Assembly (NCBI GenBank): GCA_964587425.1
Contig: CAZPLB010000001.1
Coordinates: 30,545 to 94,544 of the forward strand
DNA: 64,000 bases
Origin: an uncultured Gammaproteobacteria bacterium
GTDB lineage: Bacteria; Patescibacteriota; Microgenomatia; UBA8517
Direction of reading: 5' to 3'
The notes under the pieces were generated by a model. It was not told the DNA's origin. It searched no databases and worked only from the letters and a program-made list of their open reading frames with translations. Positions 1-9,000 of this stretch are shown here, piece after piece. Made by a program: the position numbers and the translations under genes. The number at the start of each line of letters is the position of its first letter. Positions within the stretch are counted from its first letter, which is position 1.

Positions 1-229
1 GTTTGTCTCTAAGTTGTTTTTCTATAAAATCATCACTTTTTACTATTTGGAGGTTAATTTGGAGCTCTTTTTGTTCCTTTTCAAGTTCTTTTATCCTATT
101 TTGTGCTTCTGTTATCTTGTCTCCAGAGTGGGCTACGTGATTTATGTTTTGAATAAGGGATATGGAGAGGATGACTGCGGCTATTAAAAATATCCAATTT
201 GCTATTTTTGTGAATTTATTTTTTAACAT
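1..229 (-). CDS. Partial CDS (start inside window, runs off window start): FtsB/DivIC-like septum formation initiator (N-terminal TM helix then coiled coil)
   Basis: Manual translation from ATG at 227-229 (minus): MLKNKFTKIANWIFLIAAVILSISLIQNINHVAHSGDKITEAQNRIKELEKEQKELQINLQ...; a TM helix then a heptad coiled coil is typical of FtsB/DivIC. Confidence 0.4.
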   Translation of the reverse strand, partial: MLKNKFTKIANWIFLIAAVILSISLIQNINHVAHSGDKITEAQNRIKELEKEQKELQINLQIVKSDDFIEKQLRDK

Positions 230-235
230 TTTTTG

Positions 236-290
236 GTATAATTTCCTATAGTTTGACTAATGTCTTTTAGAGGTATAAGCTACACCTTGT
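236..290 (+). promoter_or_regulatory. Candidate sigma70-type promoter upstream of the recombinase (extended -10 'TGgTATAAT' at ~236-244; alternative TTGACT at ~262)
   Basis: Sequence motifs read directly; untested. Confidence 0.25.
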
Positions 291-310
291 TTAGTTAATA
301 GCTGTACCGT

Positions 311-1177
311 TTGTCATTTATGAATGAATCGTTAAATACAATTCTTCCAGGTTTTATTGATTACCTTAAGGGAAAAGGTAGATCTCCTGCCACCATCTTA
401 GCCTACAGGGCAGATCTTGGGCAACTCATCGAATTCATTACCGCTCGAAACAAAGCTACAGCTCTCCAGGTTAATGCTTCTGATATTGAGGGATTCCGCG
501 ACTATTTACTTGCCCAGAAATATACTCCAAAGTCAGTTTCCAGGAAACTTAATGCTGTCAAAACCTTTTTTGGATGGCTTCATGAAAACAACATTGTTAG
601 CTTTGATCCTTCAAAAACTGTGTCTCACCCCAAACTTGAAGCTCAGCCACCAAAATTCCTCTCCCCGCTTGAATATAGGGCACTAAGGGATACTGCAAGA
701 AGCGATATCAGGATTGCAACAATAATTGAGCTTATTTTGCAGACTGGGATGAGAATTTCAGAGATTGCTTCTTTGAAGAAAGAGCATATTAAAGAAGAAA
801 TCATAATAATTGAAGCTTATGCAACACAGAAGACAAGGGAGATACCTTTAAATCAGATAGCTAAAAACACTATACAAACATTTTTACAAATGCATCCAAG
901 CAGCGCTGAATTTATATTTGTAAGCAAGAACGGGAAGCCGCTTGCTATTCGAAACATTCGCGCAATGATTGATAGATATTTTCAGAAGGCAGAGGTTCCA
1001 CAGTATTCAGTTAATGATTTGCGTACCACTTTTGTAATTGAAAACTTAAAAAGAGGGGTTGATTTGGTTCTAATCTCTCAGGTAACTGGACACAAGAGAC
1101 TTTCGACCACTCAAAGTTATTTGGAGCTGGCTGGAGTCAAAGAACCTGGTAAAAAACAAAAATTAGAAGAGCTTTAA
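311..1177 (+). CDS. Tyrosine site-specific recombinase, XerC/XerD (phage integrase) family
   Basis: N-terminal SAM-like domain 'ILAYRADLGQL'; C-terminal catalytic region with 'HKRLSTTQSYLEL' (His..Arg..Tyr) typical of Xer/integrase. Confidence 0.85.
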   Translation: MSFMNESLNTILPGFIDYLKGKGRSPATILAYRADLGQLIEFITARNKATALQVNASDIEGFRDYLLAQKYTPKSVSRKLNAVKTFFGWLHENNIVSFDPSKTVSHPKLEAQPPKFLSPLEYRALRDTARSDIRIATIIELILQTGMRISEIASLKKEHIKEEIIIIEAYATQKTREIPLNQIAKNTIQTFLQMHPSSAEFIFVSKNGKPLAIRNIRAMIDRYFQKAEVPQYSVNDLRTTFVIENLKRGVDLVLISQVTGHKRLSTTQSYLELAGVKEPGKKQKLEEL

Positions 1178-1404
1178 GGAGTTTTTTCTAATTCCTTTAT
1201 TTCATCATTTAGTGAATTAATGTAGCCTTCTGTAACTTTTATTTGGGTGTAGCGCATTTCTGAAGCTGAATCTTCATGTCTTACTCCATGAAAGCCAACC
1301 ATAAGATTTTTTAGTTTGATAAGCATTTCCTCGCGTTCTTTTAGTAATTTTTTTATTTTTTGAGAATTAGTCATTTTATTTATTTTTATCATTTTGTTTA
1401 TCAA
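1174..1404 (-). CDS. Hypothetical small coiled-coil protein
   Basis: ORF only; charged/heptad-like sequence, no recognisable motif. Confidence 0.3.
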   Translation of the reverse strand: MINKMIKINKMTNSQKIKKLLKEREEMLIKLKNLMVGFHGVRHEDSASEMRYTQIKVTEGYINSLNDEIKELEKTP

Positions 1405-1594
1405 GCATATGTTCTACAAGCCATGCAGTTCTCTCTTCTTCTGGAGTTGAGGATGAGTTGGACAGAATTGAGCGGGGGTTGTTCTTCATATTATGAATGC
1501 AAACAAGACAATCACCATCATTTTCAGGTGAAGATATGATGTATACCTGTTGGTTTTTTATGTCTTTATCAAATTTCATTCCAAACTTTATCAA
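1376..1594 (-). CDS. Hypothetical small protein
   Basis: ORF only, overlaps its neighbours by a few codons (operon-like). Confidence 0.25.
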   Translation of the reverse strand: MIKFGMKFDKDIKNQQVYIISSPENDGDCLVCIHNMKNNPRSILSNSSSTPEEERTAWLVEHMLDKQNDKNK

Positions 1595-2018
1595 GTGATA
1601 GTTTAGCCTTTTTACGAGAAATGCACCATAGATATAGATAACTTGATAAGAACCTGGCAGATCTATCTATATCCCAGCTTTCTTTTTTACTTTTCATAAA
1701 TTTCATAGATTCTTTAATCGCGACCAATTCTTCATTGAAGCGAAAATTTGATAGAAAAACATATTTTATTCCCCACAGGAGCCAACCTGTATTTTTTTGT
1801 CTTTTAATGTGTGTCTGTTCGTGAATTAGGATGGAAATATTCTTATTATCTGGTTTACTAGATTTCAAATTTTCAAAAATATCTCGAGGTAAGTAAATGT
1901 TTGGATATATAGCATGAGCTGTATAAGTTGATGTTATTGGTAGAATTGTCCAAGGGAAGGATTTTATTTTGACATTTTTAGAGAGTTTCATCTTGGTCAT
2001 CTTCCATATTTTCTTCAA
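1569..2018 (-). CDS. Putative zinc metalloprotease (HExxH motif 'IHEQTH')
   Basis: HExxH motif followed by an aromatic-rich segment; family not assignable by eye. Confidence 0.4.
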   Translation of the reverse strand: MKKIWKMTKMKLSKNVKIKSFPWTILPITSTYTAHAIYPNIYLPRDIFENLKSSKPDNKNISILIHEQTHIKRQKNTGWLLWGIKYVFLSNFRFNEELVAIKESMKFMKSKKESWDIDRSARFLSSYLYLWCISRKKAKLSLDKVWNEI

Positions 2019-2274
2019 CTAAATCACCCCAAATTCGAAGATATATTTCCACTGCGCTTTCTCGTCCCATGAAATAGGCGTACTCTCTTAAAACAGATTT
2101 CACGACATCTTCATCTGCATTACGAATTCCTGCTTTCAAATTCCTTTTCATGGCAACTGACCAATCTAAAACATTTTCCTTAAAAAGTTCCTTTGATTTT
2201 AGTTCAGTTGGTCTGCCTTCAGGGAAAACTTCCTCAATAAATTGTTCTTTAGATTCGATATTGAATACTGACAT
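1978..2274 (-). CDS. Hypothetical acidic protein
   Basis: ORF only. Confidence 0.3.
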   Translation of the reverse strand: MSVFNIESKEQFIEEVFPEGRPTELKSKELFKENVLDWSVAMKRNLKAGIRNADEDVVKSVLREYAYFMGRESAVEIYLRIWGDLVEENMEDDQDETL

Positions 2275-2282
2275 ATTGCGTT

Positions 2283-2356
2283 TGGTGGGCCCTGATGGAG
2301 TCGGACCATCCTTTGGTCTTTATAAGAGACCCGTCCTAGCCGATGAACGAAGGGCC
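2283..2356 (-). tRNA. tRNA-like element / possible pseudo-tRNA. It has a 7-bp acceptor stem, a D-arm with GG, a T-arm and an encoded CCA, but the anticodon stem carries only a 6-nt loop (CTTATA).
   Basis: Minus strand reads GGGCCCT-TC-GTTC-ATCGGCTA-GGAC-G-GGTCT-CTTATA-AGACC-AAAG-GATGG-TCCGACT-CCATC-AGGGCCC-A-CCA. This is a GC-rich island inside AT-rich DNA. Confidence 0.45.
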
Positions 2357-2372
2357 CAGATTGCCAATTATA

Positions 2373-2732
2373 TCAAATTTTCTTTTTGGAGACTTCTTTG
2401 ACTCTGAATTTGGTAATTCTTTCTACTAATCCCCATGGTATTTCTTGATCTAGGGGAAATATTATTGTTCCTCTTCCACCTTTAAATTTTGATAATTCTT
2501 TTCCAAAAACAGTTCTGGGCGAGGAGGTTGGGAAAAAACTTATGTGGTCTTTGAAACCACCAAAATGGACAAGATTTTTGCCATTTAATTTGAAAGTTGG
2601 GATGCCATAGCTAATTGTTTCAACTGCGTTTGGGGCAACACTGTGGACAACTGATCTAAATTTTGCTAATTTTTCTTGTACTTCTTTTGGGAAACCAGAG
2701 ATATATTCGTCTACTCCCTTAACGTTCTTCAT
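2373..2732 (-). CDS. DUF1801 (YdhG-like) domain protein
   Basis: Sequence pattern '...ISYGIPTFKLNGKNLVHFGGFKDHISFFP...' matches the DUF1801 family. Confidence 0.65.
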   Translation of the reverse strand: MKNVKGVDEYISGFPKEVQEKLAKFRSVVHSVAPNAVETISYGIPTFKLNGKNLVHFGGFKDHISFFPTSSPRTVFGKELSKFKGGRGTIIFPLDQEIPWGLVERITKFRVKEVSKKKI

Positions 2733-2735
2733 AAT

Positions 2736-5093
2736 TTAAAGTTTTGCGCGTCTTGTGATTTCTGCTTCAACCAACCTCATGTCTTTGCCATATCTTAGCC
2801 TACTCATTTCTATTATGATTTCTGCAATTCTTGGGTTTTCTGATGCTTTAATCTTTGCAATATCTTTAGTCATATCAAGTGAGAAAGGAGAGACGGGTTC
2901 ATTGCCAACAATTGTCTTTATGTATGCATGGTGTTTTTCTACATTCAAAAGATCATCCTCTGCAAAAACAGGGGTGAATTCATGGGTTAAGTAACTGGCA
3001 TCAGTTACTCCAACTCTATATGAGATGATTGTTCCCACATTTCCAAAAATTGCATTTTTAACTTCTTCTTCTACTTGTCCTATAAATTGGTTGGCAACGA
3101 TAAGACCAAGTCTGTATTTTCTAGCTTCAGATAGTATTACTGCAAAGTCTGGGGTGGCGAAGTTTTGAAACTCGTCAACATACAAATAGAAGTCACGGCG
3201 CTGACTTGGATCTTTAATGTCTACCCTACTCATAGCGGCCATTAGAATTCTTGGAACTATAATTAACCCCAAGAAGTTGGAGTTCTCTTCTCCCAAGCCT
3301 CCTTTGGCAAGATTAATGAGAAGGATTTTTCCTGTATCCATAATTTCTCTGAAATCAAAGGCGCTTTGGGATTGGCCAATGATGTTTCTGATGAGTTTAT
3401 TTGTAACAAACCTTCCAAATTTTGAAGTGATGTAGTCAAGAACCTCTGACTTATGGAAATCTGAGGTTTGGGCTATTTGATCAGTCCAATACCTTTTGAC
3501 TATTGGGTCGTCAACTCTTGGAAGGAGTTCTTGAACATATTTTGCATCTGTCAGAATTCTCATGATTTCAACAAAAGTTGAACCCGGCTCTGCACTCATG
3601 GCTGTTAACATGGCATTTCTAACTGCATGTTCAAACCTAGGTCCAACTATTCCAGTTTTGTATGGATCAAAAAGCTTGTACATCATATTAATTACAGCTG
3701 TTGCTACAAAGTGCTTTTGATCTTCTGTTTTTGCCTCAAGAAGATTTAGTCCCATGGGACGCTCTGTATCACTGGGGTTAAAGTAGATGACATCTTCAGC
3801 TCGCTCTGGGGGGATGAGCTTTAAGATATCTTCTATGGCGTCACCGTGGGGATCCATGAAGCAAAGCCCCTTACCTGCTCTAATGTCCTGTAAGATCATG
3901 TCTTTCAAAAGTTCTGATTTTCCAGTTCCTGTTTTACCTATGATGTAGACATGGCGCATACGATCTTCATTTCCAATATAGACAGGACGCTTTACTCCTC
4001 TATATGAACTTTCTCCAAGGTAGAGACCTGATGTTGGGATTTCAGATGGGGCCGGGGCAGTTTTGCTGTAGACCCAGTAAATATGAGGGGTGGTAATGAA
4101 CTTATTTGGGAAATGGAAAATGGTTGCCAACTCTTCTGAATTTAGTACTGATTTATGGGCGCCTCTGACGTTATACATTGGCTGATATCTATACAGAAAA
4201 TCCTCCATAAACATTGCTTTTCTTCTTACTTTTCTTCCACCTAATCCATTTAGGTCTCCATTGTATTGTTCAAAACTTGTACTAATATTTGTTAAGTGAG
4301 CCTTGGCGGAACCCTCACTTTGGGCAACAACTACAATTCTAACTGCAACTTCGAACCCTGGTTTTGCTATTTTATTTTCCACCGCTTCAAGGGTTTTGGC
4401 AGGAACACTAAACTTTGCTTTTTCTGGATCTGATTCCTGTTTTTTGGTGCTACTTATAAAACCCTTTCCTTCCTTTTGCCAAGGCAACTCTGCTGGAGAC
4501 AAAACTATTTGGATGGCTGCGGCTTCTCCTTCTCCCATTTTGGCAAGAGCTGACGTTATTGAGGACAGAGGATCAGTTGATAGTTCTCTAAATGTTTTAA
4601 TTGGGTAAAAACTGGGTTTTTTTAACTGAAGAGATTTATATGCTACTGCTCCATTTTCTGTAAAGATATTGTATTCTTCAACTTCTTGAATTTCGGCGTC
4701 TGGATAAGCTCCATGAACTTGTTTTTCAATCAAATCCTGCATCTTTTTGGGAGCCCAGATGTAGAACCTAATGTCCTCTTTTCTTGCAAGTATTTCAAAG
4801 GAAATAGTAGGCTGAATATCATATTTTTGTTTCCAACCTCCTTTTTTCATTGAAGAAAGCGATCCAATAAGTTGTTCCATTGCATCAATTTTTACTTCGT
4901 TGCCTCTTGCTACTCCCACTTGCAAGAGAACTGAGTCAATTGATCTTTCTTCTCTTTTTCTATTTTTAAATAATGTGAAGCCGATAAATCCTAGTGCAAA
5001 AAGAATAACTGAGAGAATGGCAATGAGGCCAAGAACCACAAAGATGGCCGCAAAATTGATTGTTGGAATTAAAGTAGACTCTTGTACAAACAT
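2736..5093 (-). CDS. TraG/TraD/VirD4-like type IV secretion coupling-protein-family ATPase with N-terminal TM segment and a long pre-ATPase domain
   Basis: N-terminal TM helix; Walker A 'IIGKTGTGKSELL' followed by 'CFMDPHGD'; Walker B/TraG-D_C-like 'LYVDEFQNFATPDFAVILSEARKYRLGLIVANQ'. Confidence 0.7.
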   Translation of the reverse strand: MFVQESTLIPTINFAAIFVVLGLIAILSVILFALGFIGFTLFKNRKREERSIDSVLLQVGVARGNEVKIDAMEQLIGSLSSMKKGGWKQKYDIQPTISFEILARKEDIRFYIWAPKKMQDLIEKQVHGAYPDAEIQEVEEYNIFTENGAVAYKSLQLKKPSFYPIKTFRELSTDPLSSITSALAKMGEGEAAAIQIVLSPAELPWQKEGKGFISSTKKQESDPEKAKFSVPAKTLEAVENKIAKPGFEVAVRIVVVAQSEGSAKAHLTNISTSFEQYNGDLNGLGGRKVRRKAMFMEDFLYRYQPMYNVRGAHKSVLNSEELATIFHFPNKFITTPHIYWVYSKTAPAPSEIPTSGLYLGESSYRGVKRPVYIGNEDRMRHVYIIGKTGTGKSELLKDMILQDIRAGKGLCFMDPHGDAIEDILKLIPPERAEDVIYFNPSDTERPMGLNLLEAKTEDQKHFVATAVINMMYKLFDPYKTGIVGPRFEHAVRNAMLTAMSAEPGSTFVEIMRILTDAKYVQELLPRVDDPIVKRYWTDQIAQTSDFHKSEVLDYITSKFGRFVTNKLIRNIIGQSQSAFDFREIMDTGKILLINLAKGGLGEENSNFLGLIIVPRILMAAMSRVDIKDPSQRRDFYLYVDEFQNFATPDFAVILSEARKYRLGLIVANQFIGQVEEEVKNAIFGNVGTIISYRVGVTDASYLTHEFTPVFAEDDLLNVEKHHAYIKTIVGNEPVSPFSLDMTKDIAKIKASENPRIAEIIIEMSRLRYGKDMRLVEAEITRRAKL

Positions 5094-5094
5094 G

Positions 5095-5418
5095 TTAGCT
5101 TTTAACTACGACTTGTTTTCCAAAATGAAATGCCTTTTTAATCATTCTTAACCAGAACAGTCCAAGCCATGTAATTGCATTTTCTATTTTTCCTTTGGAC
5201 CAACCCAGTAGTGTAGTTTGACTAGCTGGAATAGTTATTGTGGCAGCAGTATTTTGTGATGTCTGGATCATGGGTTTACCACTATCGTCTGTTACCTGTC
5301 CAGTAAAATTATTTGAGACAGCTGTAACTCCAACTTCTTGCAAGTTTTCAGGCACAGTTGGGGTTTCAGGAATTTCCTGAACAACACTTTCTGATTCTTT
5401 TTCGGGGAAGAGGGACAT
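5095..5418 (-). CDS. Hypothetical protein directly upstream of, and coupled to, the coupling ATPase (Ser/Thr/Gln-rich, C-terminal amphipathic segment)
   Basis: Stop codon abuts the ATPase start (5095 vs 5093). Confidence 0.35.
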   Translation of the reverse strand: MSLFPEKESESVVQEIPETPTVPENLQEVGVTAVSNNFTGQVTDDSGKPMIQTSQNTAATITIPASQTTLLGWSKGKIENAITWLGLFWLRMIKKAFHFGKQVVVKS

Positions 5419-5449
5419 ATCACAAATATTTTAACACGTTTTGCCTAGA

Positions 5450-5986
5450 TTATTTAGTTTTCCAGATTTCTTCAGTGAAGCCTTCGGACATGTTTACATA
5501 TCTTGAAAACATCCATAAATAATCTGAGAGTCTGTTTAAAAACTTTAATATTGTTGGCCTCACTTTTTCCTCTTTACTTAATGCCACTACCCTTCTTTCT
5601 GCTTTACGTGCCAAGGCTCTGGCGTAAAAAATCATAGTTCCCGTATTTGACCCTCCTGAAATTATGAAGTTGGTTACTTTGGGGAGTTTACTTTCCCAGA
5701 AGTCAATTTGTTTTTCCATTTTTTTAACTTTTGAAGAACTTAATTTTAAATCAGAACCGGCAAGAATTGAGGCAGTTGTGAATAAATCCAATTGAGTCTC
5801 TTTGATTAATTCCTCAACTTCTTTGTGTTTGGTGAAAGACTTGGCAATTCCAAGAAAACTATTCAATTCATCAATGGCACCTATTGCATTTACACGAAGT
5901 GAATCTTTACCAAGCCTCACTGGAGCATCTTTGGGGCTAATCATCCCTGTTTCTCCTTTGTCTCCTTTTTTGGTGTAGATTGGCAT
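5450..5986 (-). CDS. ATP:cob(I)alamin adenosyltransferase, PduO/MMAB type
   Basis: N-terminus 'MPIYTKKGDKGETGM' is the PduO-type signature. Confidence 0.85.
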   Translation of the reverse strand: MPIYTKKGDKGETGMISPKDAPVRLGKDSLRVNAIGAIDELNSFLGIAKSFTKHKEVEELIKETQLDLFTTASILAGSDLKLSSSKVKKMEKQIDFWESKLPKVTNFIISGGSNTGTMIFYARALARKAERRVVALSKEEKVRPTILKFLNRLSDYLWMFSRYVNMSEGFTEEIWKTK

Positions 5987-6019
5987 CTCGCTATTCTAAC
6001 TCAAAGCAACAACTTTTGC

Positions 6020-9000
6020 TTAACACTCAGCATGGCCACAGGAGTAACATTTTGCACAGCCTTCTTCTAATACCAAGCTTGCTTCCCCACAACTGGGACA
6101 AATGTCTTTGTGTGCCTTTTCAAGAAGACTAGGCTGCATGGTTACTTTTGGCACTACATGACCATTGCCTTCTGAGTCTTGGTAACCAATGAAGCCAAAG
6201 TGCATTCCTAGGGCTTTTGCTACAGCATCTGGAAGGCTTCTAACTTTGTTTACTCCAAAGCCAACTGATCCTGCTCCCCCAATTCCTTGGAGTTGTTCCA
6301 TGATTTCTCTAGCTCTTTCTTTTGCCGGGAGGTGATTTCCAAATCTAAGATTAGTTGAAATTAATCTTCCTAAAGCCTCTGCCATGGCTGCAAGTTCACT
6401 GCCTGCTTTTCCTACTGCGCAAAATACTTCAAATGGATTACCATCTTCATCTTGATTTACTGTGATGAAAGCATTGCCCATTGGGGTTTTTATTTTGTAT
6501 GTTGCCCCCTCTACTTTTACTGGGCGTTCTTTAATTGTAACCTCTGGTTTCTTTTCTTCTTCCTTCTTTTCATCAACTTTTGAAAGAACTCCCATGCGGC
6601 TTCCATCTCTAAAGTAAGTTACACCCTTGCAGCCTAGTTCATATGCCAAGGTATAAAGTTTTTTGACGTCATCTACTGTGTGAGAGTTAGGGGCATTGAC
6701 TGTTTTACTAATGGATGAGTCGACATATTCTTGGATTTTTGCCTGGACACGGACGTGCTCTTCTGGAGTTAGTTCACTTGCGCTTACAAAATAGTTAGGT
6801 ACTGTTTCACCTTGGTGCCTGTCCATCCACTCTTGGTAGAGAGGGTGATTAACTATGTGAACTCCAGTTCTGTCTGTTCTTTTGTAACTAAATTCATAAA
6901 CTGGTTCTATCCCAGAGCTTACTCCTGCCAAAAGAGATATAGTTCCAGTTGGAGCTTGGGTCAAGATGACAGCATTCCTAATTCCCTGGTCTGCAATTTT
7001 TTCTTGAATTTCAACAGGAAGTTTTTTGATGAATTGTCCTTGGAGATATTTTTCTTTTACGAATCCACCAAATACTCCTTTTTCTTTAGCGAGGTCGCTT
7101 GAAGTATTGTAGGCAGTATCACGAATGGTTTTGTATATTTTTTCAATTGTGACAAGAGATTCATCGGATCCATATCGAAGACCCATTTTTATTAGAGCGT
7201 CCCCTAACCCAAGCGTTCCAATACCAGTTCTTCTGATGTTCATTTGTGCCTTTTTATTTTCTTCGTAGAAATAATAGTTTGCATCAACTACGTTATCTAG
7301 GAATCGTGTAGCTGTTGCTGTGTGTTCTGCCAGGCTTTCATAATTCATTTGTCCATTTTCAACAAAAGCAGAGAGATTTAAATGGCCGAGGTTACAGACT
7401 CCCCATGCTCCCAATCCTTGCTCTCCACAGTTGTGAACTACAAAACCATTTGCAATGAATGAATGAGTCAATGGCTCTGTTAGATCGTATACCCATTCTT
7501 TTCCGGTAAACTTCAAGTCTTCAAAAGTTACTTGAAATTTCTCTTTGTAAGTACCATCTTTGTAGCCTTTTAGGGCATCAATTAGTTTTGCATTTTTATA
7601 GTCAACTAAGAATCCAATTTCTTTTGCAAATTTCCACAAATTATCTTTTGATATGACAAGATCGTGATATTCTTTGCAGAAATAGTCTTTCCTTCCACCT
7701 TTGCCGTCTGGCATCGAACGGTAACCGGCGTCTCTTCGGTTGCAATATATTTTTGAAGCAACTCCAAAGTTTAAAAGAAGTCTCTGGACATCTTGGAGCA
7801 TGTTGTAACTAACTGAAGTTAGCCTAACACTTACTCCTTTATCTGCTGTGCCTGCAACATGTCCGTCTGCTGTAAATAAAGCTTGTAAGAATCCTTTTTG
7901 CATATCTTCACTACCTGTGAATATTTTTTCTGGGACATTTATTTTATTTCCCGGAGTAATGCCATATTCAGAGACTAGTTTCCAAAGTCTTGTAGACCCT
8001 ACCCTTGCTTCATCTCTTTCGTCAATCCAGCCGACTCCCACTTTGTAATCTCTCTGGTTGATTTGCATTCCATCTACCAAATGGTTTACCATACTCGCAA
8101 ATTTGGGGGCGAGTTGCTGTTTTTCCTGTCCAAAGAAGGAGAGTACAGCTTCTGTTGCTTTCATTGTTCCGTCTCCTACCAACCAGCCTAAAACTTGTCC
8201 AAGTTCTTCGCTGCCAACTTTACCAAACCCTCCTTTTTGGTTTGAAATAAGAACCTTGTTTCCTTTTTTTAGATCCTTTGCTTTTTTCCACCCTTTGTCT
8301 GTCATCACTTGGTGGTCATTTGTAAGTTTTAATTCATATCCTTCTCTTGTTGTTAGTTTGTAAACTTCTTTAAACCCTGTTTTTACTGTTTTTGAACTTT
8401 TTGTCCATGAACCTTTATTAAATCTTCCATCGATTAAAACGTTTGGTTCTATTTTTGAATCAAATAAGTAAGAAGCTCTTAATAGACCATCTTCAGTTGA
8501 AACCAATGTGTCTCCTGTAATACAAGGGTTTGTTGCAATAATTTTTTCGAAGTACCAAGTGTTACTCATTTTGTTGTACCTATCGATAAATACTGCACCT
8601 GGTTCTGCACTTCTCCAAGCTGCTTCACAAATTGAATTCCAGACGTCCTTTGCTTTTACTGTTTTGTAAAGTTTTACTGGATAACCTTTTTCCTTCCATC
8701 CTTTCAAATCACCGTCCCAGACTTCATCATAGTTTTCATGCGTTGTGTCTGGAAATTCCAATTTCCAATCTCCATCTACTTTAACCGCTTCCATAAAGTC
8801 ATCTGATACACAAACTGAAAGATTTGCTCCTGGGATTTTTGTTAAGTCTTGTTTTACTGTTATGAATTCTTCAACATCTGGGTGCCAGTCGTTAAGCATT
8901 AACATGAGGGCTCCACGTCTACTGCCACCTTGTTGGATGACATCGTGGTTGGCTGTTGAATAGAGACTTGCCCAGTTGACAGGACCCGATGATAGGCCAT

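Noticed and set aside
2150-2401. 83-aa plus-strand ORF
   Set aside because: Overlaps the tRNA-like element and the ends of two minus-strand genes; the GC-rich RNA-like segment creates the open frame.
311-5418. Calling the first 5.4 kb a defined integrative/conjugative element
   Set aside because: Only a recombinase, a coupling-ATPase-like gene and a tRNA-like remnant are present. No relaxase, direct repeats or clear boundaries are visible in the window, so it is reported as a hypothesis only.
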